Part shown: piece after piece, positions 25,420 through 34,604 of the stretch | Position numbering within the stretch: position 1 is the first letter of the stretch | Layout: each line of letters opens with the position of its first letter | Assembly: GCA_001872455.1 (NCBI GenBank) | Contig: MNXJ01000071.1 | Span: forward strand, 55,830 to 119,829 | Length of the DNA stretch: 64,000 bases | Reading direction: 5' to 3' | DNA from: Anaerolineae bacterium CG2_30_57_67 | GTDB lineage: Bacteria > Chloroflexota > Anaerolineae > Anaerolineales > Villigracilaceae | Made by a program: the position numbers and the translations under genes | Notes under the pieces: model-generated | What the model was told of the DNA's origin: nothing | What the model saw: only the letters and a program-made list of their open reading frames with translations | The model's database searches: none

Positions 25420-25776
25420 AGACGGTCCGCAGGTCAGGCGGCGGGGTTGGATGCGCGCTGGGTCGAAGAACGCCCCAAAAGCGGCGTTGAGTTCATCCAG
25501 CGCGGCGCGGTTGATGGAGTAGTAAATCCAGCGCGAGTCGATGGCGTCGCGTTCCACGTCCACTAATCCGACTCCGCGCAGTTTGCTCAGGTGATGCGAA
25601 ATCAGGTTGGGCGCCATTTGCAAGGCGTCACCCAGTTCGCAATTGCATTGCACGCCGTCTATTAGCAGATTGATGATCAACAGGCGTTTCGGCTCGGCGA
25701 GAACTTTGAGCCGTTCTGCCAATGTTTCCAAGTTCACAGGGGCGGGATGGAGCTCATCCGAAATATAGTTCAACAT
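25384..25776 (-). CDS. arsR: ArsR/SmtB family metalloregulator
   Basis: CNCEL metal site followed by HTH LQMAPNLISHHLSKLRGVGLV. The C-terminal tail VAQVSDLRGTA* is encoded by the REP. Confidence 0.88.
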   Translation of the reverse strand: MLNYISDELHPAPVNLETLAERLKVLAEPKRLLIINLLIDGVQCNCELGDALQMAPNLISHHLSKLRGVGLVDVERDAIDSRWIYYSINRAALDELNAAFGAFFDPARIQPRRLTCGPSVAQVSDLRGTA

Positions 25777-25783
25777 AAGTTGA

Positions 25784-25811
25784 ATTATATAGGGAAACAA
25801 AATTTTGTCAA
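25784..25811 (-). promoter_or_regulatory. candidate sigma70-type promoter of the ars operon
   Basis: On the minus strand: TTGACA (25811-25806), 16-nt spacer, TATAAT (25789-25784). Only 7 nt separate the -10 from the arsR ATG. Confidence 0.45.
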
Positions 25812-25909
25812 GACTGAGATTTTTGTCTGTCAAATATTGCAGTCAGCGTAGGGGTTTTCTGAAGTGGAAATTGATTTTAGAGAAAAAAAAGGGCGATTTA
25901 AGGTGTAAA

Positions 25910-26200
25910 TTAATAGCTGCTGTTACGCAGCCTTGAGAGATTGCAACCCATCGTGGACCACACGAATCGCTTTGGGGTATAATCGTGCCCGCAAAACAAA
26001 ATGATTGAAATGTCGCTTGCCACGGGAATGTCCGTGTCATTGACATGATATAGACAGTTCAGCAGATTGAACCCTTGCACTGCACGGCATTTTGTATGAT
26101 CATAATACCAGCACATCACTTCGTTTTCATCGGTATACGGTTTTTCTTGGATCGTGTCATCAAAAATCGGAACAGCCTCCTCCTGTTCCACTTCGCGCAC
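25910..26200 (-). pseudogene. DDE transposase fragment (IS4/IS701-like)
   Basis: PIFDDTIQEKPYTDENEVMCWYYDHTKCRAVQGFNLLNCLY resembles the first-Asp region of DDE transposases. The ORF is truncated and no IS ends were seen. Confidence 0.5.
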
Positions 26201-26250
26201 TGTAGCTGCTCAGCCGCAGTGTTTCGTTGGACTAAAGTCCCGCATCAGTT

Positions 26251-26300
26251 CATGAAAGTCCGCTAAAGCGGACTCGTTGCGCCAGCCCGAAGAGATTCCA
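26251..26300. repeat. small structured repeat (GAAGTCCGC type), copy 2
   Basis: CATGAAAGTCCGCTAAAGCGGACTCGTTGCGCCAGCCCGAAGAGATTCCA matches 12668-12719. Confidence 0.55.
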
Positions 26301-26550
26301 CGTACTGAGCAGACGGCTTCAGCCCCGCAAAACAAGGATGGCTGAGCATCTACGTTCTTTGGTTCGATCTTTGCGCGGATCCCTGACCTTGCTAAAATGT
26401 GCTTCAATTGCTTCCAGGGCTTCTTCGGCATGGCTACATCCTACGGCATAGTCAGTTTTGCCTCAATTTAGACGCGATTGCCCTGGTTTTCTTCTCCGTT
26501 TGCCAATAAAATACGTGTTATACTGGCTAGGTAATTGAATAATCGGATCC

Positions 26551-26638
26551 CTAGTGTCGGAACTTTATAAAGTTGTAGGGTAAAAACGGCTGAATTGCGC
26601 CGTTTTTACCCTACAAAATCGGAAAGTTCCGGTACTAG
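26551..26638. repeat. 88-nt three-segment palindrome
   Basis: Core 18-bp perfect stem TTGTAGGGTAAAAACGGC, 8-nt loop, GCCGTTTTTACCCTACAA, extended by CGGAACTTT/AAAGTTCCG and CTAGT/ACTAG. Confidence 0.7.
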
Positions 26639-26713
26639 CCGTACCTTGGCCGCTGACCCTTTTATGGGTTGGCGGCCATTTTCTTCCCGGCCAAGCCGGA
26701 GAAAGCAGTAAAA

Positions 26714-26983
26714 ATGGAACCAAGAATTTACGTTGGCAACCTTGCCAAATCAACCACACAAGATGATCTCACCACCCTGTTTACGCAAGCCGGAAAAGTC
26801 GAATCGGTGGAAGTCATCAAAGACCGCGATAGTGGCCTGCCCAAAGGCTTTGCTTTTGTGACCATGGGTTCGCAGGCTGACGCCGATAAGGCCGTCGGCA
26901 TGTTTAACGCTTATTTGCTGGCCGAAAAAGAACTCAAGGTCAACATCGCCAAACCGCGCGTAGAGCACGCTTCGACCCGCTAA
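26714..26983 (+). CDS. RNA-binding protein (single RRM)
   Basis: RNP-2 IYVGNL and RNP-1 KGFAFVTM motifs. 89 aa. Confidence 0.88.
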   Translation: MEPRIYVGNLAKSTTQDDLTTLFTQAGKVESVEVIKDRDSGLPKGFAFVTMGSQADADKAVGMFNAYLLAEKELKVNIAKPRVEHASTR

Positions 26984-27003
26984 TTTCGAAATCACGGCTG
27001 TTT

Positions 27004-27038
27004 ACGTCCCTCGCCCCAACTGGCGAGGGACGTTTTTA
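27004..27038 (+). terminator. intrinsic terminator after the RRM gene
   Basis: ACGTCCCTCGCC-CCAACT-GGCGAGGGACGT followed by TTTTT. Confidence 0.8.
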
Positions 27039-27126
27039 AAATTACCTAACACAACCACATGCGAAATGGATATAATCTTCTTATTGATTCCCCTATTTTC
27101 ATCGTCCGCATTTTGGAGGAAAACCC

Positions 27127-28536
27127 ATGACCATTTCTGCTTTGCAAGAAGAACGCGTTCCCGTCCCCAGCCGTATCTGGATTTCAGTGGCTGATTCCGC
27201 TGTCGCCATCCTGCAATCGCTGGTAGCCGCTGGCGCGCTGACGTATTACTTCGTCAACGTGCGCGGCCTGTCCACCTATTACACCGGCATCGTCTGGCTG
27301 CTGTTTGGCATTTGGAACGCGGTTAATGACCCGCTTTTCGGCTACATCAGCGACCGCACAAAAAGCGATTTGGGCCGGCGCATCCCTTACATCCGCTACG
27401 GCGCGCCGCTGTTAGTGCTGTCGTTTGCGCTTTTCTGGGTGGACGTACCCTTCCTGCAAAGCCAGGTGGGATTGTTTATTCAAATGCTGTTGGCGCTTTT
27501 CCTGTTCGACACCATGTACACCGCCATTGCCACCAGCCTGTACATCATGCCCTTTGAAGTGGCGATTTCCAACAAGGCGCGCTCCAGCATCTTCGTCTGG
27601 AAAATTATTTTTCAGGTCTTTACCATCATCGTTCCGCTGGCGATTGAAGGGACGATTAAGCCCCAGGTCGGCGACGCTGCCGCCACCAATTTTTTCCGTT
27701 GGTTTCTGATTGCTTTTGGCGTTGGCATGGGCGTGCTGGTTTTTGTTAGCACCTTTTTTTACAAAGAAAAACACTACACCCAGGAAGAAGAACAATTCGA
27801 TTTTCTGAAAGCGTTCAAGTCTTGTTTCACCAATCGCTCGTTTGTCATCTTCGAGGTGATCAGTTTCACCATCATCTTCGTTCAAACTTCGCTAATGCAG
27901 GGTTTGTGGTACTACTTTGACGAAATCGCCGTCCCACGCACCTCGCTCTATATCGCGTTAGCGGCAGGCATTATCGGCGGCATTTTCCTGTGGGTTAACC
28001 GCCGCGAACCCTGGGGCGTGAAGCGCAGCACCCAAGCCTTTAGCTTGCTGTTTGGCATCGGCGCGTTACTCATCGCTGTCTTTGGCCGTGACGTAATTGC
28101 CGCTACGATTGGTTTTCTGCTCTTCGGGCTGGGCTTTGCGGGCGGCATGTATCTGATACCGATGATGAATGGCGATGTGGTGGACATGGACGAACACCGC
28201 ACCGGCCTACGCCGCGAGGGCATGTACGCCGGCGTCAATAGTTTTATTACCAAACCGGCGATCAGCATTGCCCAGTGGGCGATGCTGACGATTATGACCA
28301 TGTACGGCTACAACCAGAGTCTTGCCAAGGGCCTGCAATCATCAGCAGCGCAAACCGGCATTTTGCTTGGTTGGGCGCTGGTGCCCGGCATTCTGCTTCT
28401 GATTTCGTTCATTTTTCTGTTCTGGTATCCGCTGGATGGCGAAGGTTGGTTGGCGATCAAAGCCAAACTGGCCGAAATTCACAAAGAAAAAGAACGCAAA
28501 TACCTCGAATCCAAAGGCTATAAGATGACCGAATAG
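27127..28536 (+). CDS. MFS transporter, glycoside-pentoside-hexuronide (GPH) symporter-like
   Basis: 12 predicted TM helices and a GYISDRTKSDLGRRIPY motif typical of the GPH family. Confidence 0.75.
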   Translation: MTISALQEERVPVPSRIWISVADSAVAILQSLVAAGALTYYFVNVRGLSTYYTGIVWLLFGIWNAVNDPLFGYISDRTKSDLGRRIPYIRYGAPLLVLSFALFWVDVPFLQSQVGLFIQMLLALFLFDTMYTAIATSLYIMPFEVAISNKARSSIFVWKIIFQVFTIIVPLAIEGTIKPQVGDAAATNFFRWFLIAFGVGMGVLVFVSTFFYKEKHYTQEEEQFDFLKAFKSCFTNRSFVIFEVISFTIIFVQTSLMQGLWYYFDEIAVPRTSLYIALAAGIIGGIFLWVNRREPWGVKRSTQAFSLLFGIGALLIAVFGRDVIAATIGFLLFGLGFAGGMYLIPMMNGDVVDMDEHRTGLRREGMYAGVNSFITKPAISIAQWAMLTIMTMYGYNQSLAKGLQSSAAQTGILLGWALVPGILLLISFIFLFWYPLDGEGWLAIKAKLAEIHKEKERKYLESKGYKMTE

Positions 28537-28551
28537 ATTGTTTAGGTCAAC

Positions 28552-28586
28552 AAAAAGAGCGAACGGTAAACCGTTCGCTCTTTTTT
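28552..28586 (+). terminator. intrinsic terminator after the MFS gene
   Basis: AAAAAGAGCGAACGG-TAAA-CCGTTCGCTCTTTTTT. Confidence 0.85.
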
Positions 28587-28706
28587 GTTGCGCAAACGTG
28601 ATGTCTCAGGCATAGCGCTTTCCGAGCGTACCATCCGAATGTAAACATCCGGGCTGATTTTATGACCCCTGCCAAAATGTCCCGTCAGTCAGCCGAACCA
28701 CTGCTT

Positions 28707-28796
28707 CTGGCGATTGCCAACACTTCACCAAGTTGGCCCCACAATCAAAAGCGACATAAATGTCGCTTTGCAAGGCAAAATGTACCATTCAACCTG
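28707..28796 (+). mobile_element. MITE-like element family A, degenerate copy
   Basis: CTGGCGATTGCCA... with an intact core AAAAGCGACATAAATGTCGCTTTGCA. The right end is eroded. Confidence 0.55.
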
Positions 28797-28883
28797 CCGT
28801 CGCCGATAATTGAATCCACCGGCGACGGCACAGCGAGAAAGCGTGAACGGTTACCAAAAAATTCTCTCTGAACGGCAATCTAT

Positions 28884-29903
28884 CTACTTCGACCAAATTG
28901 CCAGTTCAAGCGTGATGCGCTCAAAATAGCTGTCATCGGGCAAAGCGCTCTGACCGTACTGAGCATCCATTACCGTCACCACCATTTGCAGGGTCTGCGT
29001 CTCCAGCACTACCTGACGATGGGGTTCGACCATGGTTAATTCGCCCTTCGATTCGAGTTTGGCGCGGATGGCCGCGTCATTAAAGGCGTGCGTGCTCATC
29101 AAAACTTTGGTCACGGTCTGAATGTCGTTTTTATCGAACATCCAAACTTCAAAAGCAGTTACTTTTTTGGGGTCGCCCACGCCAATCGTTTCGGAAATAC
29201 CAACACCACACTCGCCCAAAAACTCTCCGGCCTGTGAGTCGATGCTAAATGAGTCATCGAACAAGTCATCGCCCAAAACATAGGTGGTGACGTATTGCGC
29301 CACTGGTGGCGTTTGCGCCACTGCCGAAAAATCTGTTTTTTCGATGTTGCGAGTGATTTCTGCCGCTTGGGCTGCGGCGGAAGCCGGAACGCCAGCGTGA
29401 CGAGAACTGCGAAAAAGATAATAAGCCGCTCCACCCAACACGACCAGCGCCAGCAGGCCGCCCAGCACCGCCGCGATTGTCAGAAACCCATTGCCGCCGC
29501 TTGAAGCGGGAGGCTCTGCCGTTTGTGGTGCAGAGGGCGACATCAGGCCAACCTGGGTAAATTGCTGTTCCAACAAGGCAATAGCTTGGGGGTTTTGCAT
29601 CCCAGGATCAGCCTTGATTTCCTGAAAAACGGTATAGGCATACGGGCCAAGTTCGCCGTAACGCCGCGCCGCCAGATTCAAATCCTGATTGACTTGGAAG
29701 GAGTCAATCGCTGTACGCATATATTCCATGCGCAAATCGGGGCGCAGGTTTTCTACTGGCTGGTCAACCCATTGCACCGGCCAAATTTGCCAGGCGAAGA
29801 GCAGACCCAGCGCCAGCCCAACAACGAGGGACAAAACCACCTGCACAATCGGCTTTTTTGCGTATTCGGTGAGGACAGTCATGAAGCGCTCCTTTCGAGT
29901 CAT
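28884..29903 (-). CDS. hypothetical two-TM protein
   Basis: TM helices near residues 20-40 and 140-165, with an unrecognised soluble C-terminal domain of about 150 aa. The start may be ATG at 29882. Confidence 0.5.
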   Translation of the reverse strand: MTRKERFMTVLTEYAKKPIVQVVLSLVVGLALGLLFAWQIWPVQWVDQPVENLRPDLRMEYMRTAIDSFQVNQDLNLAARRYGELGPYAYTVFQEIKADPGMQNPQAIALLEQQFTQVGLMSPSAPQTAEPPASSGGNGFLTIAAVLGGLLALVVLGGAAYYLFRSSRHAGVPASAAAQAAEITRNIEKTDFSAVAQTPPVAQYVTTYVLGDDLFDDSFSIDSQAGEFLGECGVGISETIGVGDPKKVTAFEVWMFDKNDIQTVTKVLMSTHAFNDAAIRAKLESKGELTMVEPHRQVVLETQTLQMVVTVMDAQYGQSALPDDSYFERITLELAIWSK

Positions 29904-29976
29904 CGTAGCAACGGAACAAATGTATTATACATAAAATAACACTGGAAAAACCGGACAAAAAGTTCTCGTAAACTTC

Positions 29977-32268
29977 TTATTCGGAAGCAGTTTCCGCCAC
30001 GATAGTTTCCAGTAGAAAAGATTCCGAGCAGTTCAGGCATTGCGACTCGCGTTTGTTTGCCACCACCAATGTTCCGCCACATTTTGGACAGGGTGTTGCC
30101 AGCGGGCGCTTCCACGAGGTGAAATCACAGGTGGGATAGTTGGCGCAGCCATAGAAAACACGCCCCTTGCGCGTCTTGCGTTCCACTACATCGCCGTGGT
30201 CTTTAGGACATTTCACACCAATTTTATCCAGCCAGGGTTCGGTGTAGTGGCATTCCGGGAAGCCGGAGCAGGAAATAAATTTACCAAAACGCCCGTAGCG
30301 AATGACCAGTTCTTTGCCACAATCGGGACAGGCGCGGCCAATCGGTTCGGGCCCGCTTTTGGTGACGGGCATTTCAGCCTGGGCTTGCTTCACCTTGACA
30401 GCGAAGGGACGGTAGAAAGCGTCTATCACCTGCGTCCACTCCGATGCGCCATCCGCCACTTTATCCAGGTCGGTTTCCATCTGCGCGGTAAAGTTGACAT
30501 CTATAATTTCTGGGAAGTAGCGTGTCATCATGTCATTGACAACCATGCCCGTTTCAGTCGGTTGCAGGCGTTTCTCCACACGCACAACGTAACCGCGTTC
30601 TTGGACAGTGGAAAGGGTGGGCGCATAGGTGGAAGGCCGGCCAATTCCGTACGACTCAAGTTCTTGAACCAACGAGGCTTCTGAAAAACGCGGCGGTGGC
30701 TGGGTGAAATGTTGTTCCGGCAAGATGCGCACCAGCGTTTGGGGTTGTCCTTCGACAATTTTGGCAGGAATACGCACGTTGTCGTCGTCTTTCACGTCAT
30801 CGTTGCGGGTTTCCTCGTACACCACCAAAAATCCAGGAAATTTGACAGTTGAGCCTGCCGCGCGCAATAAATAGGTGTGTGCGCCTTGGCCGGCAACTTC
30901 CACCGAAAGAGTGTCGTACGCCGCCGATTCCATTTGCGAGGCGGTGAAGCGCTGCCAAATTAGCTGGTAGAGTTTGAACATGGCTGAGTCAAGGAACTGT
31001 TTAACCTTCTCTGGCGCGCGGAAAGTGGACGTAGGCCGAATGGCTTCATGCGCCTCCTGTGCGCCCACCGCGCGGGTTTTGTATTCCGGCGGCTGAGGCG
31101 GCAAGAAATCATTCCCGTAGCGCTCGCCAATGAAACGGCGGGCTTCGTCGCGCGCCAGTTGCGAGATGTTGGTCGAATCAGTACGCATGTACGTTATCAG
31201 GCCGGTATTGCCGCCCTCGCCGACATCCAACCCTTCGTACAATTTTTGCGCCAGTCCCATCGTGCGCTTGGCGGTGAAACCCAGTTTGCGCGAGGCTTCC
31301 TGCTGAAGCGTGGAGGTGATGAACGGGGCTGAGGGCTTGCGCCGCCGCTCGCCGCGCTTGATTTTACTGATGCTATATGCCGCCGCTTGCATGTCCGCTA
31401 AGTGCGACTCGGTCTGCGCCTGAGAAGTTAGCTCCGGCTCCAGATCGTCTACCCGCGCCAGTTTCGCCACAAAAGATTGTTTTCCGCCCTGAGGAAGCAG
31501 TTCAGCGGCAATTGTCCAGTATTCTTGTGGGGTGAAATCATCAATCTGACGCTCGCGTTCCACAATCAGACGCAGGGCCACCGACTGTACGCGCCCCGCT
31601 GAAAGGCGCGAGCGCACTTTCTCCCACAGAATCGGGCTGATGCTATAGCCAACCAAGCGGTCAAGCACGCGCCGCGCCTGTTGGGCGTTAACCAAGTTCA
31701 TATCAATTTCGCGCGGGTGACTGAAGGCCTCGGCAATGGCGGGTTCGGTGATTTCATGGAAAACAACCCGCTTGACCAGGTTCTCCGGCATGTCCGTGGC
31801 TTCCATCAGATGCCACGAGATGGCCTCCCCTTCACGGTCAGGGTCAGTTGCCAGGTAAATTTCGGCGTGCGTTTTTGCGAGTTGCTTAATTTCTTTGACT
31901 ATTTTGATTTTTTCGTTGGGGACGCGATATTTTGGCGCAAAGTGATTATCCACGTCCACCGAAAGCTGCGAGCGCAGCAAGTCGCGCACATGCCCCACCG
32001 AGGCGCGGACGGTGTAGCCCTTGCCTAAAAAGCGGCCCACCGTCTTGGCCTTGGCCGGTGATTCAACGATAACCAGTTTTCCGGAGCGTTTTTCTTCGCG
32101 TTTTGGGGCTTCCTGCCCGGCATGGGCTTCGGTTCTGCCCGTGCGATACATGCGCGTACCGCACACCGGGCAAATTCCGCGCGTGACCGGTGCGCCAACG
32201 GCGTTGAAGGTGGCTTGCGCGTTTTCAATTTCGCGCTTGGCCTTACATTTCATGCAATAAGCTTCCAT
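29977..32268 (-). CDS. topA: DNA topoisomerase I with N-terminal zinc-ribbon extension
   Basis: Toprim KLVIVESPAKAKT, catalytic-Tyr region TYMRTDS, three C-terminal CxxC...CxxC ribbons, plus about 60 aa of N-terminal CMKC...CPVC ribbon. Confidence 0.92.
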   Translation of the reverse strand: MEAYCMKCKAKREIENAQATFNAVGAPVTRGICPVCGTRMYRTGRTEAHAGQEAPKREEKRSGKLVIVESPAKAKTVGRFLGKGYTVRASVGHVRDLLRSQLSVDVDNHFAPKYRVPNEKIKIVKEIKQLAKTHAEIYLATDPDREGEAISWHLMEATDMPENLVKRVVFHEITEPAIAEAFSHPREIDMNLVNAQQARRVLDRLVGYSISPILWEKVRSRLSAGRVQSVALRLIVERERQIDDFTPQEYWTIAAELLPQGGKQSFVAKLARVDDLEPELTSQAQTESHLADMQAAAYSISKIKRGERRRKPSAPFITSTLQQEASRKLGFTAKRTMGLAQKLYEGLDVGEGGNTGLITYMRTDSTNISQLARDEARRFIGERYGNDFLPPQPPEYKTRAVGAQEAHEAIRPTSTFRAPEKVKQFLDSAMFKLYQLIWQRFTASQMESAAYDTLSVEVAGQGAHTYLLRAAGSTVKFPGFLVVYEETRNDDVKDDDNVRIPAKIVEGQPQTLVRILPEQHFTQPPPRFSEASLVQELESYGIGRPSTYAPTLSTVQERGYVVRVEKRLQPTETGMVVNDMMTRYFPEIIDVNFTAQMETDLDKVADGASEWTQVIDAFYRPFAVKVKQAQAEMPVTKSGPEPIGRACPDCGKELVIRYGRFGKFISCSGFPECHYTEPWLDKIGVKCPKDHGDVVERKTRKGRVFYGCANYPTCDFTSWKRPLATPCPKCGGTLVVANKRESQCLNCSESFLLETIVAETASE

Positions 32269-32292
32269 CAGTTCTCCAGAACCCGGGGCGGG

Positions 32293-33372
32293 CTATAAAT
32301 AATTTTCCTGATTATGTTTTTTAAGATGCGCGACGACTTCTTTCACTTGTTGCGATTGGTCGGTCTTGCATATTAACAACACGTCGCCCGTTTCTACCAC
32401 GACAATATTGTCCATTCCAATCGTCACAATCAGGCGGTCACTGCCTACCGCATATACCAGGCTGTTATGTGTATCTAATGCCAAATGTTGGGCGTTGAAA
32501 TCCACGTTGCCATTCATATCGGGCAGTAAAACTTCCAAGAGCGAATCCCACGAGCCAACATCGCTCCAACCCAAGCCGCCCGCAGGGAGGACGGCCACTT
32601 TATCGGCTTTTTCCATAACGCCATAGTCAATGGTTTCAACTTTCAATCCGGGCCAGACGGCATCCATAACGGAAGCGCGATTCGGCGCAGCGACAATTTG
32701 TTTCAGCGTCGAAGCCAGTTCTGGCATCTGGCGGGAAAATTCAGCCAGGATGGTTTTTGTTTTCCAGATGAACATGCCGCTGTTCCACGAGTGGCCGCCC
32801 GCGCGGAGCATAGCGGCGGCGGCGGTTTCATCTGGCTTTTCCTTAAAGCGCTTGACGGTGTACGTTGGATAACGAAACGCGCCGGGGAGCGCTTCGCCCT
32901 GCTGAATGTAGCCGTAGGCGGTGGAGGCCTGGCTTGGCGTGATACCGAGTGTGACCAGGTAATCAGCGTGGGCAACGTCTACCGCCGCGCCCAGCAGGTA
33001 GTGAAACAAGTCGCGGTTGCGGATGAAATGATCAGCGGGCAAAACAGCCATGACGGCCTGCGGGTCGCGCTGATACAAAATGGCGGCGGCCAGGCCAATG
33101 ACGGAGGCCGTGCCGCGCGGGGCAGGTTCAATCAGGTAGTTTTCGGCGGGAATTTCTGGGCATTGCGCCATCATGGCGCGCGCCTGTTCGGCCACGGTGA
33201 CAACAAAAATCCGTTCAGCGGGTAAGAGACCATCGAGGCGGCGAACCGTACTTTGAAATAAGGTTTCTTCGCCCAATAATGGCAGAAGTTGTTTGGGACT
33301 GTTTTTTCGTGAGACCGGCCAAAGGCGTGTACCGCCCCCTCCAGCCATGATGACGGCATAGGTATGGTTCAT
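32293..33372 (-). CDS. mannose-1-phosphate guanylyltransferase
   Basis: N-terminal AVIMAGGGGTRLWPVSR nucleotidyltransferase motif. 359 aa. Confidence 0.8.
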   Translation of the reverse strand: MNHTYAVIMAGGGGTRLWPVSRKNSPKQLLPLLGEETLFQSTVRRLDGLLPAERIFVVTVAEQARAMMAQCPEIPAENYLIEPAPRGTASVIGLAAAILYQRDPQAVMAVLPADHFIRNRDLFHYLLGAAVDVAHADYLVTLGITPSQASTAYGYIQQGEALPGAFRYPTYTVKRFKEKPDETAAAAMLRAGGHSWNSGMFIWKTKTILAEFSRQMPELASTLKQIVAAPNRASVMDAVWPGLKVETIDYGVMEKADKVAVLPAGGLGWSDVGSWDSLLEVLLPDMNGNVDFNAQHLALDTHNSLVYAVGSDRLIVTIGMDNIVVVETGDVLLICKTDQSQQVKEVVAHLKKHNQENYL

Positions 33373-33493
33373 GAGAAAGGGAAAATAGAGAGTAGAGACA
33401 ATGTAGGATAAAGAGAATAGAGCAGGAGAAGACGAGATAAGTTTGGCCGATTGTAACCCCGAACAAGCGTTTTATTCAATCTCTGGATTTTCA

Positions 33494-34603
33494 TCATTTC
33501 ACATTGTACTCCCCTGGCGGCTCGCGCATTCCGACATAAGTCATCCCACCCACCTGGCGCACCATGCCTTTCAGCTCCATCATCGTCAGGGCGGCAGAAA
33601 TTTTCTCAATGGGCAGACCGGTACGGGCGCGAATATCGTCTACATGCAAAGGCTCAGCGCCGAGCAAATTCCACAAGGCCGCTTCCACCGGTTCGGAGGG
33701 CAGGTTCTGACGAATCTCACGACGTTCAACGTTGCGATTCAAGTCAAGCGCGGTCAACAAATCAGCGGGGGAAAGCAGCGGATGAGCGCCATTGGCAATC
33801 AGACGATTGGCGCCCTTGCTCTGCGGGGCATAAATGTTACCGGGGACGGCAAAAACTTCGCGCCCCTGTTCTGCCGCAAACGAGGCCGTAATCAGCGCCC
33901 CGCTGGTTTCTCCGGCTTCGATGACAACGACTGCGCGCGCCAACCCGCTGATGATACGGTTGCGCGGTGGAAAGTTAGTGGCGTCAGGCGGCGTGCCGGG
34001 GGCGTAATCGCTGATGACGGCGCCCTGCGCGGCCATTTTCTCGGCCAGGGCGCGATGTTCGGGCGGGTAAATTTTATCTACGCCCGAACCGAGTACGCCG
34101 ATGGTGCGGCCACCCGCTTTGAGCGCGGCGTTATGCGCCACCGCGTCCACGCCGCGCGCCAGCCCACTGACGATGGTGACCCCGTTGCCCGCCAAAACGC
34201 TGGCAAGTTCTTCCGTCACCTGACGCCCATAGGCCGAAACTGCGCGCGTGCCCACAATCGCCACCGACCAATCGTCTTCGGGGGTGATTTCGCCGCACAA
34301 GTACAACACGGGCGGGGGTTGGTCAATTTCCTTCAGACGAAGGGGATAATGCGCATCGTTCCAGGTGAGCAAGCGAATGCCAGATTTTTCGATACCGGCC
34401 AGGTACTCGTCCAAATTGATATTCTTCCGGGCGAGAATGACACGTTCCGCAATTTTCGCACTCAGGCCTGCCGCCGTTAAATCAAGCGGCGAGGCGTTCC
34501 AGGCGCTTTCCAGATCGCTAAAGTAGTCAAACAGGGCCTGCAAACGTACAGCGCCAATGCCCTTGACCAGCGTAAATCCCACCCAGAAGCGCCGATCGTC
34601 CAT
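33494..34603 (-). CDS. dprA: DNA processing protein DprA
   Basis: Rossmann-like core GLARGVDAVAH...GSGVDKIYP...VVIEAGETSGALITA and a C-terminal winged helix. Confidence 0.88.
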   Translation of the reverse strand: MDDRRFWVGFTLVKGIGAVRLQALFDYFSDLESAWNASPLDLTAAGLSAKIAERVILARKNINLDEYLAGIEKSGIRLLTWNDAHYPLRLKEIDQPPPVLYLCGEITPEDDWSVAIVGTRAVSAYGRQVTEELASVLAGNGVTIVSGLARGVDAVAHNAALKAGGRTIGVLGSGVDKIYPPEHRALAEKMAAQGAVISDYAPGTPPDATNFPPRNRIISGLARAVVVIEAGETSGALITASFAAEQGREVFAVPGNIYAPQSKGANRLIANGAHPLLSPADLLTALDLNRNVERREIRQNLPSEPVEAALWNLLGAEPLHVDDIRARTGLPIEKISAALTMMELKGMVRQVGGMTYVGMREPPGEYNVK

Positions 34604-34604
34604 T

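Noticed and set aside
26210-26431. 73-aa ORF (MPKKPWKQLKHILARSG...) as an intact small gene
   Set aside because: Its second half is encoded by the GAAGTCCGC-type repeat (26251-26300). It is probably the broken 5' part of the same transposase relic as 25910-26200.
33443-34480. 345-aa ORF antisense to dprA, and similar antisense ORFs (16264-17145, 17178-17993, 37681-38436, 40885-41988, 60285-60887)
   Set aside because: These are Arg/Gly/Ala-rich translations typical of the reverse strand of GC-rich genes. Each lies fully inside a gene with clear motifs.
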